Shown: positions 42,279 to 57,600, counted from the stretch's first letter. The stretch: DNA of 64,000 bases from Chrysomallon squamiferum (GCA_012295275.1 CM022665.1:7068001-7132000); one strand, 5' to 3'. Numbers and translations are program-made. The notes: generated by a model not told the origin, from the letters alone.

Positions 42279-45200
42279 GCATCCATCATACAAAAATGTT
42301 AGTACCTCTCTGACCTGCAATAAAACCACCAAAATTAATATTTTCATTTCTAGCTTAGATATTTATTTCATTCTTATTCTAATGAATTGTTCTTTATATT
42401 TAAACAATTAAATCTTTGTAAAAAAACCATGAAGAGGTAAAATGTTTATTTTTAAATTTATTACTCAGGACTTGATCAAATGATGGTCATAAAATACAGA
42501 TATGATCCAAATCAAGGTGAAACACATCTTTAAAAAAAACAACAACAAAAAAAACTTACTTATGTCACATTTCTTGCCTGCCCAGCCAGGCTGACAGTCA
42601 CAAGTATAATCTCCAACGAGATTGTGACAGGCGTAGGCATAGACACATGGGCTACCACTGCATTCATCGGCATCAAGTTGGCAGTGAGGTCCCTGCCAGC
42701 CTTCTGAACACTTGCACACATAGGAGTTGTTGCCATCGATACAAGTTCCACCATGAAGACATGGTTGTAATGCACAGTCATCAACATCTGTTCATGAAAA
42801 TTATTACAGAAATTAATATCTTACGCATGCACAAAAAAAAACAAAAAAACATAAGATAAATACCAAACTCCAAATCCAAGTAAAATGGGAACCACAATGA
42901 TTTATCAACTTTGAAACAATCATGTTTTTATTTATTCTGTTGGTAAAAAAAACAAACACAAAAATAAAACGGTAAACAGTTATATAAGTAGGCCTCTATG
43001 TAATCTTTGATCAAGTTATCTTAAACGTAATCTAGATGTTATGATCTGGGTTATTTCTTTGGCTTTTGTTTCTATGGTAAATGAAATGTTATTGTTATAG
43101 AAAAATCATTTTCTTACAATAAGATGATTACACGTACATATTTCACTGAATTATATTGAATAGTTTTGACACAAACACAGAAGGTCAAAGCATACTTTGC
43201 AGGCATACAAAATATATATATATATACATACTGCTGACAAAAGCCAGCTTATAAAATGAATGCTTAATTCAATGGCTCATTTGACTGCTGAAAAGATGAT
43301 TTAATATTCAATATTTTGTAACACTATAATGCCAGTTTAACTCAAAACGTAATCATGTGTAACAGTTTGATATTTAAAAGTGAATCTGGTTAGTGATTAA
43401 TTTTCTGATATTTTAAGCTAAAATTGACAGGAAACTGTTGATGTTTTGCTGTGATGAAACTGTGAGCAGCACAAACTTCTTTATTACTGTGATCAGTGGT
43501 GTGGAAATGTGATAGCTTCGTCAATGACCCTTCACTTTAATTTCAGAGATTCAAGAACAACACTCCACATTTCCCAGATTTATAGCATACATTTCTTATA
43601 TTGTTGGTGGGAGGGGTTGTTGTTTTGGTTGTTTTTCAATGATATTTTTGTTTGTTGTTATTGTTTTTGTTTTTTTTTTCTATTTATTATTATTATTATT
43701 ATTATATTTTTTTTTTTAGGCTTTGTTTTTTAAATCCATTATTATTATTATTAATTAATTATTGTTTGTTTATTGTTTTGTTTGTTCATTTTTAAAATCT
43801 GAACTTTTCTGACTATTTAACTATTTGCTTAATGATGACATGATGATCTCAACATTAATATTGATTTTAACATTAAGCTGTTGTAACAACTTGCATCTTT
43901 TTATAAAGATTTGTTTTCAGGTAAGTTTTAATAATCCGGTTTCAACTGTTTCAAGCTAAGTACTTATTCTAAATATTTCAGCCAATATAGCATGACTGGT
44001 TTATCAAATAAATTTAAATATATTGGTTCATCGTTATATAAAATATTTGTTCCATCCTTTCTTTATTCAGTATATCAAAACTTAAAAACAAGATCTATAA
44101 GTAATTTCAATTTTAAGAGAGATTTATTTTTAAGTGTATTGGCAATTTATCAAACTAACGTATCCAAGATGTACTTGCAGTCTTTAAAATAGTGCAGATG
44201 GTATGTATTTTTACCAAGACCATGATTTCACCTACAGGTTTCAATAATCTATAAAAAGTTCAGACATCTAAAATCAGCCTTATAAGTTTAATCAGCTTGG
44301 ACTCAGACTTGAACATCCATTTTAATTACAAAACTTGAAAGTCATGATCAGTTCTTCTGATGATGATAGACAGACAAACAGAATTGTTAACAGACAAACA
44401 GAAATGTCAACGAACACAAATATAGGTAAGTATAACAGAAGGAAAACATAAAAATTTGATGAAATATATTTTTATTTTATTTTATTTTATTTTATAATTA
44501 TTATTATTTTTTTTTTTTATTTTTTACCTTTTTCACAGAAGTGTCCTGTCCTTCCTGGAGAGCAGTTGCACACAAACCCAACTGAGGTAGACACACACGA
44601 TCCTCCATGCCTGCATGGATTGGATGCACATGCATGTTCAGCTGAAAATGTAATGTGATCATTTTTTTTTTTTAATTGGTTACAGGAATATATTGTATGC
44701 AATTATTTTTTGCTTGATTTTTGTTAAGGCACAAAACAAGTTAATAATTCTACTGACCATTAGTCAGTTAGTACTTTACTGCATGTAAGAAATGTATTGC
44801 AAATCCTGCCTCAAAATACTAAACACTACTGTCATGTTCTCATCAAAATAAATTTTTCTTACCGATTTCACAGTTGTTGCCAGAAAAACCTTCATGACAA
44901 GTGCACTGGTACCTGTCTGGAGCAGAATTGCGACATAATCCACCATTTTGACAAGGATGATGACGTCCACAGAAATTTAGATCTTTATTAAGAAAATGAA
45001 ATAAAAAATATTTATACATTAAAGTATTAAAGAGTAATACATTGATTTTTGATTTTTTTTTTAATGAAGTAGAACAAACAAAAGAAAAAGAAAAAGAAAA
45101 GAAGGTGGAACGTGCTGATTATTCTGGCATTTTAAAATTTTAAATCATAGCTGCTTCATATTCCATAAATGAAAAGTCAGACATCAGCAAAAGATAATGT

Positions 45201-48200
45201 AGTAAAGAGAAAACAGGTAGTAACCATATAAAATGCAGAAACAAACAAACCAAAAATGACTAAAATGGACAGACTCAAGATTTAACAGAAAATCAAATAC
45301 ATTAAAAAAAAAAAAAACCTAGCAAATTAAGTCATGTAACAGATTTTTTTATCATTCATTTTTGTTTGTATGTTTCTTCTTCTTTTTCATTAAATGAACA
45401 ACAACAGCAACAATAATAAAACACATCTGAAAATAAATATTACAGATGAATAAATCTGAAATTTGTTTATTAAAAAATATATGAAAGTATTAATGATACC
45501 TGCACATGCTAACTGTATCTAAGGTATTTGACAGGTTATGAATGACGGATGGAGAACATGGTGAAAGCTGAACTGACAATTATCTGAGGTACAAAAAGGC
45601 TTTGCAGTATTAAATTGTGGTTTTTAACAGTCAATGCACTAGTGATTTTCCTGCTAAATAACACAAACTGACATTGAAATGACAAGCACCATAAGTGCTT
45701 ATTTTAAGAACAATGGTTTTACTGCTGTTTTATCTTTTAAAACCAGAGATCAAATTGCAGCCAGTTTCTTTACGAGCTGAAAACAATTTCAGAAAACGAG
45801 TGCAATTAGAGTGCAGTAATAAAATGCTTGCTTCAAGAAACTTCTTTTTAGAGACAATGTGATTATTTAACAAAGTCCAATCATGTGAACTCAGTCAAAT
45901 GATTTGATTGTCAGATCCAACAAAAGTATTGATTTAAAAACAGCTAGGGCCACACACAATTACAAGTGATGAAATCTTTCATCCAAGAAAAAGAAAATCA
46001 CTGCACTGTTATGTGCTTGTTAATTGCTTTGAACACAGAGTGGCTAAAGGACTTCAAAGTATTTTCAACGACATGGATCATTTTAAATTATTGCCAATAA
46101 ATGAGAAAATTCATATTTGTTATTGTATTTGTGTTAGAAAAAAGTTAATTAACAAGATCTATGTATTATTACAAATTTAAAAAAAAAAAAAAAAAAATTA
46201 TCATTTGTTAATGGTTACAGACAATCCAGTTTAACTGATTAATAATTCATTATGTGACATCATTTCTACGAAAAAAATAAAAATAAAAATCCCATGTAAC
46301 CCAAATTTTCCACTTCAAGCTATTTTCTGTAAAGTTTCATACTTAACAAGTCATGAATATTTACATCTTAAGAAGCAATGTATACAATACCATTTTTTGT
46401 TCTATTAATTTATTATTTATTGTTGTAGTTATAGTATTAGCCCTGAATCATACAATGAAAAATATATTTGAACAATTATTCTACTGATTTTTTTAAATAA
46501 TAAATCTCTTTTATAATCATTAAAGTAGTGAAAGCTGTAGCTTAAATCAAAAATGTAGTTTTTATCCTTTTTGCTTTTTATTATCACAGCAGTTTTCAGA
46601 TAAAGGAAAGATGATTTTAAAATATTTACTAAATTATGCTGTCTATTTAAATGTTGTCTCAAATATCAAATTTTCATCCAATTCACAATACATTTAACAA
46701 AATACCTTGCTGTTTTAGTAAAATTACATTTCCTCCCAATCACATTAAATCAGTGTCCAGGTGTATGGCTGTGAAATCACTGTATCGGTGCGACAGATAT
46801 CAACATACAGTCAGTCTCTCATTTTAATTTAGAAACTATAATTGTTTTCACCACTATACATTTGCATTTTTGCTCAAAGCGTGAAAAGTAAAGTTCATTT
46901 GTTTGAAAAAATTAGAAGGAACACAGAATACAGTTCTATATTTTAACTGAGAACTGACACATTTGTTACATTTTTTAAGATCTCTGTTATGTATACACAG
47001 TAATTCAATGTTTACATAGTATTACATATAAAAATCTATTTTCAAAATATAAAAAAAATCAGCAAAACAAATACATATCAAATTTCCAGTTGATATTCCT
47101 TTATAAATTTTTAAATATACCCTACTGCTTTTTAAATTTCCATATTTTAAATGTATAGGTGAACTTTTATTTAGATTTTGTGAGTTATATGTTTATTGTT
47201 ACTCATTTTAATTATTTTTTTAAATTCACTGTAAACTGAAATTAAGTAAAGTATTTATACAACTGGTTAATGATCTGAAAGCATCCATTTGTAGAGGCTG
47301 CCTTAAGTTTTTATTTTTTTCTTGTTTTTTTTTTAAGAATATAAAAATATTTTTGTACAACATGACAACCAAAAAATAAAAAAGAGAAAGAAAAAAGAAA
47401 ATTAGAAAAGAAAACTTGTTTCAGTTAAAATATTAATAAAAACAGAAATGAATACAAACTTTTTAAATGTATATATTTCAATAATTCTTTAAAAGATTAA
47501 AAAAAAAAAAATTAAATGACCTCCAAAATATGCAAATGAATTATTTAGATGGTTTGGTAAAGATCAGGCAATCAGCATTAAAGAGTTAAAGACATTAAAT
47601 AAGAGTCGATACAGCCTGCTGATTACTCACGCTACAGAAAAAATATCCTGTTCTTTAAATTAAACATTAATATTTCAAGTGGGTCTTTTCATTTCATTTT
47701 ACATTAGAGTTGTCTTTTCTTTTCTTTTTCTTCATATTTTTTTTTTTTAAAGAATATTGATTTTACAACAACTTTTGCTTGTAATTGACAGAAATATCCA
47801 TCTTAAAGATTATAAAATGGCTCACATAAAACTATTAGGTTCTGGTAATCAACGCTTCAAAAATTAATTATCCATCAAGATCACTTGATTTGCTGCTGGT
47901 TGTTGCTGGCTTTGCTGTTGTGTAAACTATTTTTAACTCTGATTTAGCAAAGTAGCCTGTTAATGTATGGAGAAATGTGCTGTAAATGTGTCAAATGAAG
48001 AATTTAAATCAAGTCTGAATTACGATGTAACAGTCTATCGTATCCTGTCACAGAAACATTGGTCCATTTTAACACTGAACCTTTCTGTATCATGTCATGA
48101 TAAAATGTAATGAAAATCTCCTGAGCTATCTTAACATACACTGCTATCAGTTAATTCCATTGGTTTGCATGAAGCATGCTTGTGGTAAAAGTATTTTATT

Positions 48201-50271
48201 ACACATTTTGTCATTTGTAATTCAATAATACAAGACTAAGAAAATGAATAATGCAATTTTTTTGCAAAGAAACTTAAGAGATAGGCATTCATTTTGTTTG
48301 AACTACTTGGTACTATTATCTTAACAGTCTACAATTAAACTGAAGTTTTGATATATCAAAACTGTCTTAATTTTTTTCTTTTTCCATTTCTAAATAATAA
48401 GTTAAATTTTAATATCAACTCTACCATGGCTATGTCTTATTAATAATCATTGTCTGACACATGAAAAAAAATTATACTTAAAATACTAATAATATTATTA
48501 ATTATACAAGAAAAGAATTAAATTATCTTTTCATATACTCCTAGGAAAGAACAATTTAAGAAAAAAAAATAATAGTAAGAAAGGAGATGATTTTGGAAAT
48601 GTTTAACAGTTATAAGGAATACATATGCTATTGTGCATGCATACATGCATGCTCCCTCCCTCCCCCTCTCTCTCTCTCTCTGACACACACACACACACAC
48701 ACACACACAACACACAAGACTATATATAAATTTTCAGCATACAAAATATATTTTAAAAATAACAATGTCACCTGGCAAGCAGATGTAGATTTTGCTGTGT
48801 AAAAATAGTAAATAAATATTTGTTCTCTACAATTTTATGTTGTGTATCCTAATTATCTCCATCTTTATCAGGACCCAGCTCCTCAAGAATACCATCAGTG
48901 TAATCAATGGTTGTTAAAGTACCTGTATCAAACACTTACCTCACATATTTTCATATAATTTTAAAATTTATAAATAACACAACTGCAAGAAAACAAAATG
49001 ACTGCCATAATTATTATGAAAGAAAACACTGTTGTAATCAGGAGATATTAGATAGCGGGTATTCTTGTCAGTGTTATGCACACCAAACTGAGCTCTGCAC
49101 AGCCAAACATAACCTTGGATTAAAAAAAATCTTGTGTGATGTTCTTGAAGTTTTGAACTGTATGAACAGGTTTTCAGAACTAATCAATGAGCTCACTCTA
49201 AGGTTTTTTTTTTTTTTTGTGTGTGTGTGTGTTGTGTGTGTGTGTGTGTGTGCTAATTTTCATGCTGGCCAATCTTAGAATTGTCTTTTGGTCAAAGAAT
49301 CTAATTTGTCACAGAGGGATCAATAATTCAACCATAGAAGTAAACACAGTCATATTGTGATTGAATACCGTGTTTTGTGTACAGCTAGCAATTAATTACA
49401 AGCTTCTTCTTTTTGTCTTCTTCACTCACAAAAACAAGCAAAAATTAGTTCTTGTCTGTAGAGTAATCCTTATATTTTGTAAAAACTTAATAACAAAGCA
49501 AATATATATATATATATATATATATTTATATCTTCTTATATATATCACTCAACAAAATAATTTAAACATTTAACAAATATTAAAAGACATTAATTACAGA
49601 AACAAGATTTTTTTATATATATATTAATATAAAATTTGAAGCATGATCTTCTTTACTGAGATTCAAAAATAAAGATGATAGAATTTTTCATAACACAGAA
49701 TTAAGAAATTACACGATGACAGCTCTCTTCATTGCAGATGAAGAGACTAGTTGTAGCAGCAGAGTGGGTGACAGATGAACTGTTAATTGTGTCATGCTAC
49801 AAGTTCATTGCTGAACAGTTCTGCGAAGATCTCACTTGATATTTCAAGTGTCATCAGCTTTGTCACAGTATGACTTCAACAACATAGCTGTCCAACAGCT
49901 ATAATTTATACTAGATTGTTTAAAATACAGGTTTACTGGTTAATCTAAGTTTGTACACAAATTTCATGAATCTTCTGCAGGTCTGTGTTTAAATGTATTT
50001 GTTTTTGTAAAAAAAAAAAAAAAAAAGTGTTTAATGATAATTTACAGCAAATGGAATGTTACTGTAGTTAATAATACTAACACAACAGTTTTAAATTAAA
50101 TAAACATTATGAATGCATTATTTTTTTTTGACATTTATGAGAATTGATTTCCTGCATTTACAAAGTAATTTTTTTTTTTTTTATTTTTTAAAAACAATGT
50201 AATATTTTTTTATGTGATCAAAAAAAAAAATTTTTTTGAAATTATCTTTGTTATTATTAATTTTCTCTCAT

Positions 50272-50309
<38 letters not shown>

Positions 50310-53300
50310 AAAAAATAAAAAAAAATAAAATTAAATAAACCTACAGTTATGTTATCATTCAGAACAAATTAAATCATATTTTTATTTCTCACATACTTCC
50401 ATTAGTAATAAAAACTGTTTAAAACATAAAGCAATATACCTTTATCACACAGTATGCCTCCCCAGTTGAGATCGCAAACACATTGCCATGGTGATCCATT
50501 GCAAGACCCATGTTTACACCCTGGGTATGGAATGCACTGGTCGCACAGGGGTCCCTGCCAACCATAGGCACACCTGTAAAACCATTGTAAATTTATATAT
50601 TAATAAATCTATCTGCTTAATAATAATAACAACAACAAAATAAGAAAAAACAAATTAATAAAACAACAACAAAAAAACCCAACCAAAATTAAATTTTTTG
50701 TTTTTATAAATAATAAATAAAATAAAATAATATTATTGTGAGTTTTAGTCGTAGCATCTTAATCAGTTCAGTATTAAAACATACATACAAAATATTATTA
50801 TTAATTTTTAGAAAATATTTTTTTTATAAAACATTTTTTATTATTTTAAAGTCAATTTAAAGAAGATGTGGCTGTTCTGTTTGCATGTTTCAGAGGTTGC
50901 TAACACAAAATTATTTAAAAATAATAAAATGTGGCATGTAAAGAAAAGTCCAGTTATTGTTCAAGGTAAAACGTTGACAGTGGTAGGTTTTGATTTTATT
51001 CGGATAACAATGAAAACTGTCTATAGCATGAAACACAAGTGTGACCATCTACATCGGAGTGATCAGTTCTATTCATCTTGTCTTTCTTCACAAGAAGATT
51101 GTCTGCTTGTTTATACATGCACGGTTCATGGCTTCAAATATCTTCACTCAGTTAAACCTAAAAGGTCATTATTTCACAATGGGGCCATCTTCAGCCAAGC
51201 AAACCCACACATTTTCTCATGGGAAAATACCACCAAGACAAGATTTAGGGCTGTGTTGTCTTGAGTTCTTTAGTATTCTGTGGTTGACCACACACACAAA
51301 TTTTAACTGAAAAAATGAGAATCTCTGTGTTGTATGTTACAAATTCTGTCATGTGTTAAATGTGCAACATCCATAAAATGTTCATCATACATCCATTAGT
51401 TGTTTTTAATAATATATATATATATATATCTTTTTTTAAATAGTTTAAAAATATCCTTCAGTGATTTTCTTTTTAAAAGAAATATCTTCTTGGCTCAACA
51501 GTTGCATTAGTGAACAAAAGACGACAGGTACAAGGTTCAAATCCTTTAATCAGACATCTCCACTCTTGATAAGATCAAACACTTGATATGCTGGATTCTC
51601 TCACTTCTAACCCCCTAACATTAACAACCCTATTGAATCAGAAAACATTTGCTCATGTAAAAATCAAAACATACACATAAAAAAAAAAAATGAGTGGAGT
51701 GTAGCATTTGATTAAAAAAATATATATTTCAGTTTGGTATCATCGGTTTATGTACTGACCATAGAAATCATTTGTTTTCAGGCACTATTATTTATTATTA
51801 TTACTACTAGTAATAGTGGTAGGTGTTGAGAACTGCAGTTGTAGTTGTTGTAACTGTAGAGGTAGCACTAGTTGTAGTATAATAAGTGTAGAATAGATGT
51901 AGTGTAGTAGTAGTAGTAACTTAATATGCTTTTTATTATCATTAAATGTTATCAATAATAATTATCATTATTTGTTGTTTTTGTTATTTTCTTTTATTAC
52001 TGCTGTTATCACTTATTATTATTGTTATTATTCACAGACAAAAGAAAGATTAACAAAATTCAATGTAAATTATTTATAGCACATTGAATCAAGCAGACGT
52101 AACTATTATAAGAAACAGTTATTCATCTTGTAGAAAAATAGTTTACTTATGAATTCTTAATAATCTGTAATACAGGAATATCTAAAACTACTCTAGTTAC
52201 CTTAAAAATACTAAAATACATTTTAAATTTAGTGATTAAGATAATCTGGTGAGCCTCAAACATACTAAACATATTTTGCTTTAGAACAAGAGAATCCATT
52301 CCAGTTGGGTTATCCAGCTCTATCTTGCCAACTGTGTTAGGCAGCTATTTTTTATTACTGCAATTACACAACACAGGTGAGAAGATCACTGTTGAAAGTC
52401 ATGGGAAAGTTCAGCTTACTACATCCAGCAGAAACTGTATTGCAATTTATCATAGTTATTAGGCTTGTGGAGGGAGGGATTTGGTTTTTCATGGAGTAAG
52501 AGGCAGTTAATTATGCAGATTGAACACTTTTGATGAATGTAGTGAGTGTGTAGAGACATCTTTATAAATACACTCAGTAGTATTTACAAGAAGTATTATC
52601 TTTCTATATTATTTAGTGGGTTTTTCTGTCACGTATGATATCCCAAGGCCTACACTCTAACCAGTGAGCTACACCCCTCCCTGTCTGTGGTGTATATACT
52701 GAGCTGATTATGTAACAGTCAATAAACTGTTTATCTAACAATCAATGAATTGATTAACAGTCTTTAACAATCAATACTGATTAGTGTCAAACTTCTTAAC
52801 TGATCTTATTGCTGTTCATCATATTCATAAATCAGCCTAGGGTTGAAAAAGGATTTCCTTTTAAACTATCTTCAAGCCAGCTCATTAACTTATTATAAAG
52901 AAGATCATTTCAAATGGTCATCTGAAACATCATACAACATGTTTTTCAAAAAACACAATAAAAGTGACACATCTGCATGAGCTAAACAACAGTCTGACAC
53001 AAAGGTGCCAATGAAATGTGTAATAGTAAGTAACTCGTAGAAAATACTATTATTTGTCATTTTATGATTGCTACTTTTCTTGACATTTTGACACTAACTT
53101 GTTAAATAATAACACATCTCTGAACATTTTTCAAAACAAATCTCTTAACATTTTTGTTTTGTTTCATTTGTTTATTTCTATTTTTTTTTGTTTTACTATT
53201 AGTTTCAGTTACATATATTTTGGTATTTTACTGTTATCTTGTTTTATGAGTGTATGCTTAATGTCATTAAGATCTTTTTATTAAATTAAAACTGGAATTT

Positions 53301-54654
53301 TTTGTGCAAAAATATTAATAAATACCCTGAATTTTAAAGTGATGGAAACAAACAAGAACTTTTAGAAAAAATCCTGAAACTGCTGTGTAATATTCACCAT
53401 TCAGAACTTCAGATTTATAAGAAATATTGGAAACCATTATTTTGGCAAACGAAATGAATTATTTTCTTTAATAAAGATATTATTTCACTTGACACCAGCT
53501 ACAAGATGAGTGAAATCTAGTAGTTTACTGGTTTTATTTTTATAAATAAATTAACAACTTGTAACTGAGGTGAATCGTTTCATCATGTTTTATTGGTTTC
53601 TCCATGGATAGCTACAAACATGCAAGAAGTTTCCATGGGAAAGTTGCTCTGCTGCACCAACTGGAGACAAAGCTCTTATCTTAAAGAACAACCATTATCT
53701 TTCGTCTCAGTAATGATTATTATAATCCATTTCAGGACTGGTTTTCATTATTACAACCATAAACAGTCACTTCTCTACGCTTGTCTCTAGCCAACCAAAA
53801 CTTCACTGGGATATTCTCATGCCAGTGGGACGTTGTCTTTTTCTGATACTCATTTTTATATTTAATACGCAAAAAATGTCTGATTTATTAATTACTTAGA
53901 TATCTGGAAACTTGCAAGCTGACACTTAAAAAAAAAAAAACCAAAACCACCTCATTTACCATGTTTCAGCCTGGACAAGAATTAGCAACATATATCATTA
54001 GACTGCATAACATTCAAAACACCATTTACAAAATAATTTTTTCATCCATACATGTACGATATGCCTCTAAGCATATTGTCAATCTATGATGAATAGTTAT
54101 TGCTGTTTAGCAAGAACTCTTAAGCCAGCAGTGTGGTAAAACATAAAATAAATGATAAATGGTAATAATGTTTGTTTGTTTGTTGTTGTTTTTTTTTAAA
54201 CAAATGTATACATTTCAAAAACTCTCTTCAGTTTTTTATTTAATACAGATCTCAGAAAACCTAGAATTTTTTGTGTCATCAAATGACAGTTTGTTACCAT
54301 AATATTATCATTAATTTTGTAATAGGTTTTTCAGATACAATTATTATTGCTGGTAATCGAGTTCATAGTTCATTTAGGAATGTGAGAGAAAATCCCAGAT
54401 TACACTGTTTCTTGAATTCAACATTTTTTATGTTAGGAATACTTAGGTGTGTTTTTTTGTGTTTTTTGTTAGTTTTTTTTATATAAATTTATTACATTAA
54501 TATAAAATTTATAAAACATTATATTCCAAAAAAATAATTAGTTTAAATTAAAAAGAACTTGCCTGCATTCTCCAGGTTGTTGGCAGGAACCATGAACAGC
54601 ATGACAACCTGTCCGGCAGATTGCTTAAATAAACAGTATTAAAGTTTTATATAA

Positions 54655-54689
<35 letters not shown>

Positions 54690-57600
54690 AGATTAAATGC
54701 AAATAATTATTTTCTAGTATTTCAGGTACAATTAAACTATTAACTGAAGGTTACTTATGAGTAAGCACCAACTGTTTTGTCAAACAGGCACCATCAGAAT
54801 ACGAACAATTTCATGTAAATAAATATTAATTGAATATTAATATAATTACAGAATTAAAAGTTGTTTTAAAATCTCCTAAACTGCATTATTTTTCTTTAAT
54901 TTCTTTTAATTCAAAAAGTTTTAATTATTTATTTTTAGATTTTAATTACAGTGACCAAACACTGCTCACCTGTTTCACATTCCTGACCCATCCAGCCAAC
55001 AAGACAAACTTTGTCTCCATTTGCATCGCAGGTGTAGTGTCCAATGAGATCATTGCGAGGGCGACAGACTTTGGTGCATGTGGTGTTGTAGTAGTGTTCA
55101 TCACATAACACTCGTATACGGAATGTCAGACTGGAAGTGGGTCCGTTATGTATGATGGTGTGCCAGTCGAGTCCGGGAAGGATGATACCCAGGTTGACAA
55201 CTCGCTCAATCAAACCGGCATTATCTGAAATACGATGTTTTGTTTTCTCAGAGTAAGCGATGTGCATGACTTATCAACTGCGATGCAAAAATATCAAACA
55301 TACAAACATGTGTGTAATAGTGCAAAATAGCATGCAGAGTACAGAGATAAGCAGACATATAATTTTGTAATTTTTTACCTGACTGTAAATTTATTACTTT
55401 TGAAGCAAAGTTTGAAGAAAATTATTCAGTTATCAAAAAACATTTATTCCTTTTTCATAAAGAAAAAAGAAAAACGACTAGAAAACATGGAATATTAATG
55501 CTGCATGAACCCAGTGACTTTGTGATTCTTAAAAATGTAATGTGTACAAAAATAATTTATATAAATGTTTTCTTTTTGTCTATCATGACCTTGTCAAATC
55601 TGCATGGAACTGCATGTTTGTGCAAATGGCAAAATTATCTCGATTCAAATTACTTTGTTGAGTGGAAATGCTGAGATAAATTAATTTTATTGGTAATGAG
55701 CACTGACTTTTAAGCCTTGGGGCTCATTTTGAAAATACCTTTCAGCTATTTACAGCACTTGGTGCACTGACAATCCAAAATATAATGAAGAACAGCTTAT
55801 TCAATCAGTGTAACAATTGAATGATTATCAATTTCTCAGAACAGAGATAACAGGTTGAAGTCTAACACTGTCTGCTGGCATGTTAGAAAAATATGTTAAA
55901 ATCAGGGAACTGAGTTGTATAAACTACACCTCAGCATATGATCCAATTTACAAAACATGAATAACAAAATCTAATGGGATACATGAAAGACAAAACTGGA
56001 AGGAAATATTAATAATACCAATTACTCAGAAGAAAATGCAGTAAAATATTAATTTTAACTTTAGAAATTCTTTTTGACTTTACCATGTACTGATAAAAAG
56101 ATTTAAAAACATAAATAAAACTGGCTGCCATGAAAAATGTTTTTTAATTTGATATTCTGGGCCAGCATCTTACGTTTGAACAGTTTTTGAGATCTGTCTA
56201 AGATCTGCTGTTGTTAACAAATCAGAAAGAAACCTCCCTGTGTCATCAGAATTAATTTTGAATGAGTTTGTTTTGGTTTTCAGTGCAGATAAAACTGTTC
56301 ATATTTAAATCAAGTTTATTATCAGATCTAATTTAACTCAGGTGATTAGTTACATTTCTTAGTGGGTTTTTTTGTTCTGGATTTTTTCCCCACACCCAGT
56401 GCCTGTGTTAACTGTTTCTCATCACAGACCATGTATTGGCAAATTATTTTGGACATGTTGGCTGCATTTTTGGTCATCTTAGCTGTGTATCACTCTGTGA
56501 ACTAAATTTTTATTCCCATACAGATAATCAGATATAGATGATTGTCTGCCAATGTAACTGATCCAGAAAAATAAAATTATATAAAAATAATAACACATAT
56601 ATTTAAATTAGTAAGAAGTTTGCCTTGGCAAAAATTAAAATATAAAAAAGGAGATAAAATAAATAATAATTACAAAATAATAATAATGGACTAAGCATTT
56701 TTAAAATTAATTACCACTAACGGTTTCTGATAAACTAATAAAATTATGAAACACAAAATATGTTTACATGCTGTTATTTTTAATTGTTAATAATTTATTG
56801 GAAATAGTATTTTGTTTGAATTATAATGTTAAGATCAACAGTTCAACATAACTTGTATTCTTGTTTGTAAAGAAAAATACAGAGAGTCTTTACTGTTTTT
56901 TACTAACAAAACATGCATAGCAACTTCATGCAGATGCAAACTGCTACTTGTTGTTTTCCATCAATGTTCAGTTGAAAGTACAATGATTGCTGACTCTTGC
57001 CAAGATTTGTAGAACGTTACCAAGGCTACATAATGTTGTAAAACAAACATCTGGATGAGTGAGAATTGTTTCTCTCTCTCTCTCTTTTTTTATGAAAAAT
57101 AAAACCTGCCAAGAACTGTTGTAAACAACCCAATCCATTTCATTGATGCTTTCATCTGATGAACCAGGTAATTCTCAACAGTAGTACAGATAGTAGTATA
57201 CGTGATGTCAAAGTTTTTATCTGATGAAGTGAAAACTTCTCAGCAGTAGTACAGATAGTAGTATTTGCGATGACAGTTGTTTCATTACTTTCCAATCTTG
57301 GCAGTATAACAAGTATTATAATACAGAACTAAAACCAAAAAACATGCTTGATGAAATGTACCTGACATGAAAATATGAACTTTGACAATTGTTAAAGATA
57401 TTATGATGAATGTAACATCTATTCTCATTTTTTCTTGCTTTCTTTCTTTTGTTTGTTTTTTTGTTATAATAATAATAATAATAATTATTATTATTATTAT
57501 TATTCAGGACACAAACTGGAAACTGCTTTTTACTGTTTTCAGAAAACTTGTTTAAACTTTATTCAGCAGGTGATATATATATAAAGCATTTCGTTAATTT

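Noticed and set aside
55225-55267. In-frame ATG upstream of the DSL exon
   Set aside because: Intronic. A good acceptor precedes 55224 and joins in frame to exon 58473-58533, and the extension is not a signal peptide.
57221-57240. CTGATGAAGTGAAAACTT hammerhead-like word
   Set aside because: GAAA is the hairpin loop and no conserved GAAA follows the stem. It is part of a tandem duplication.
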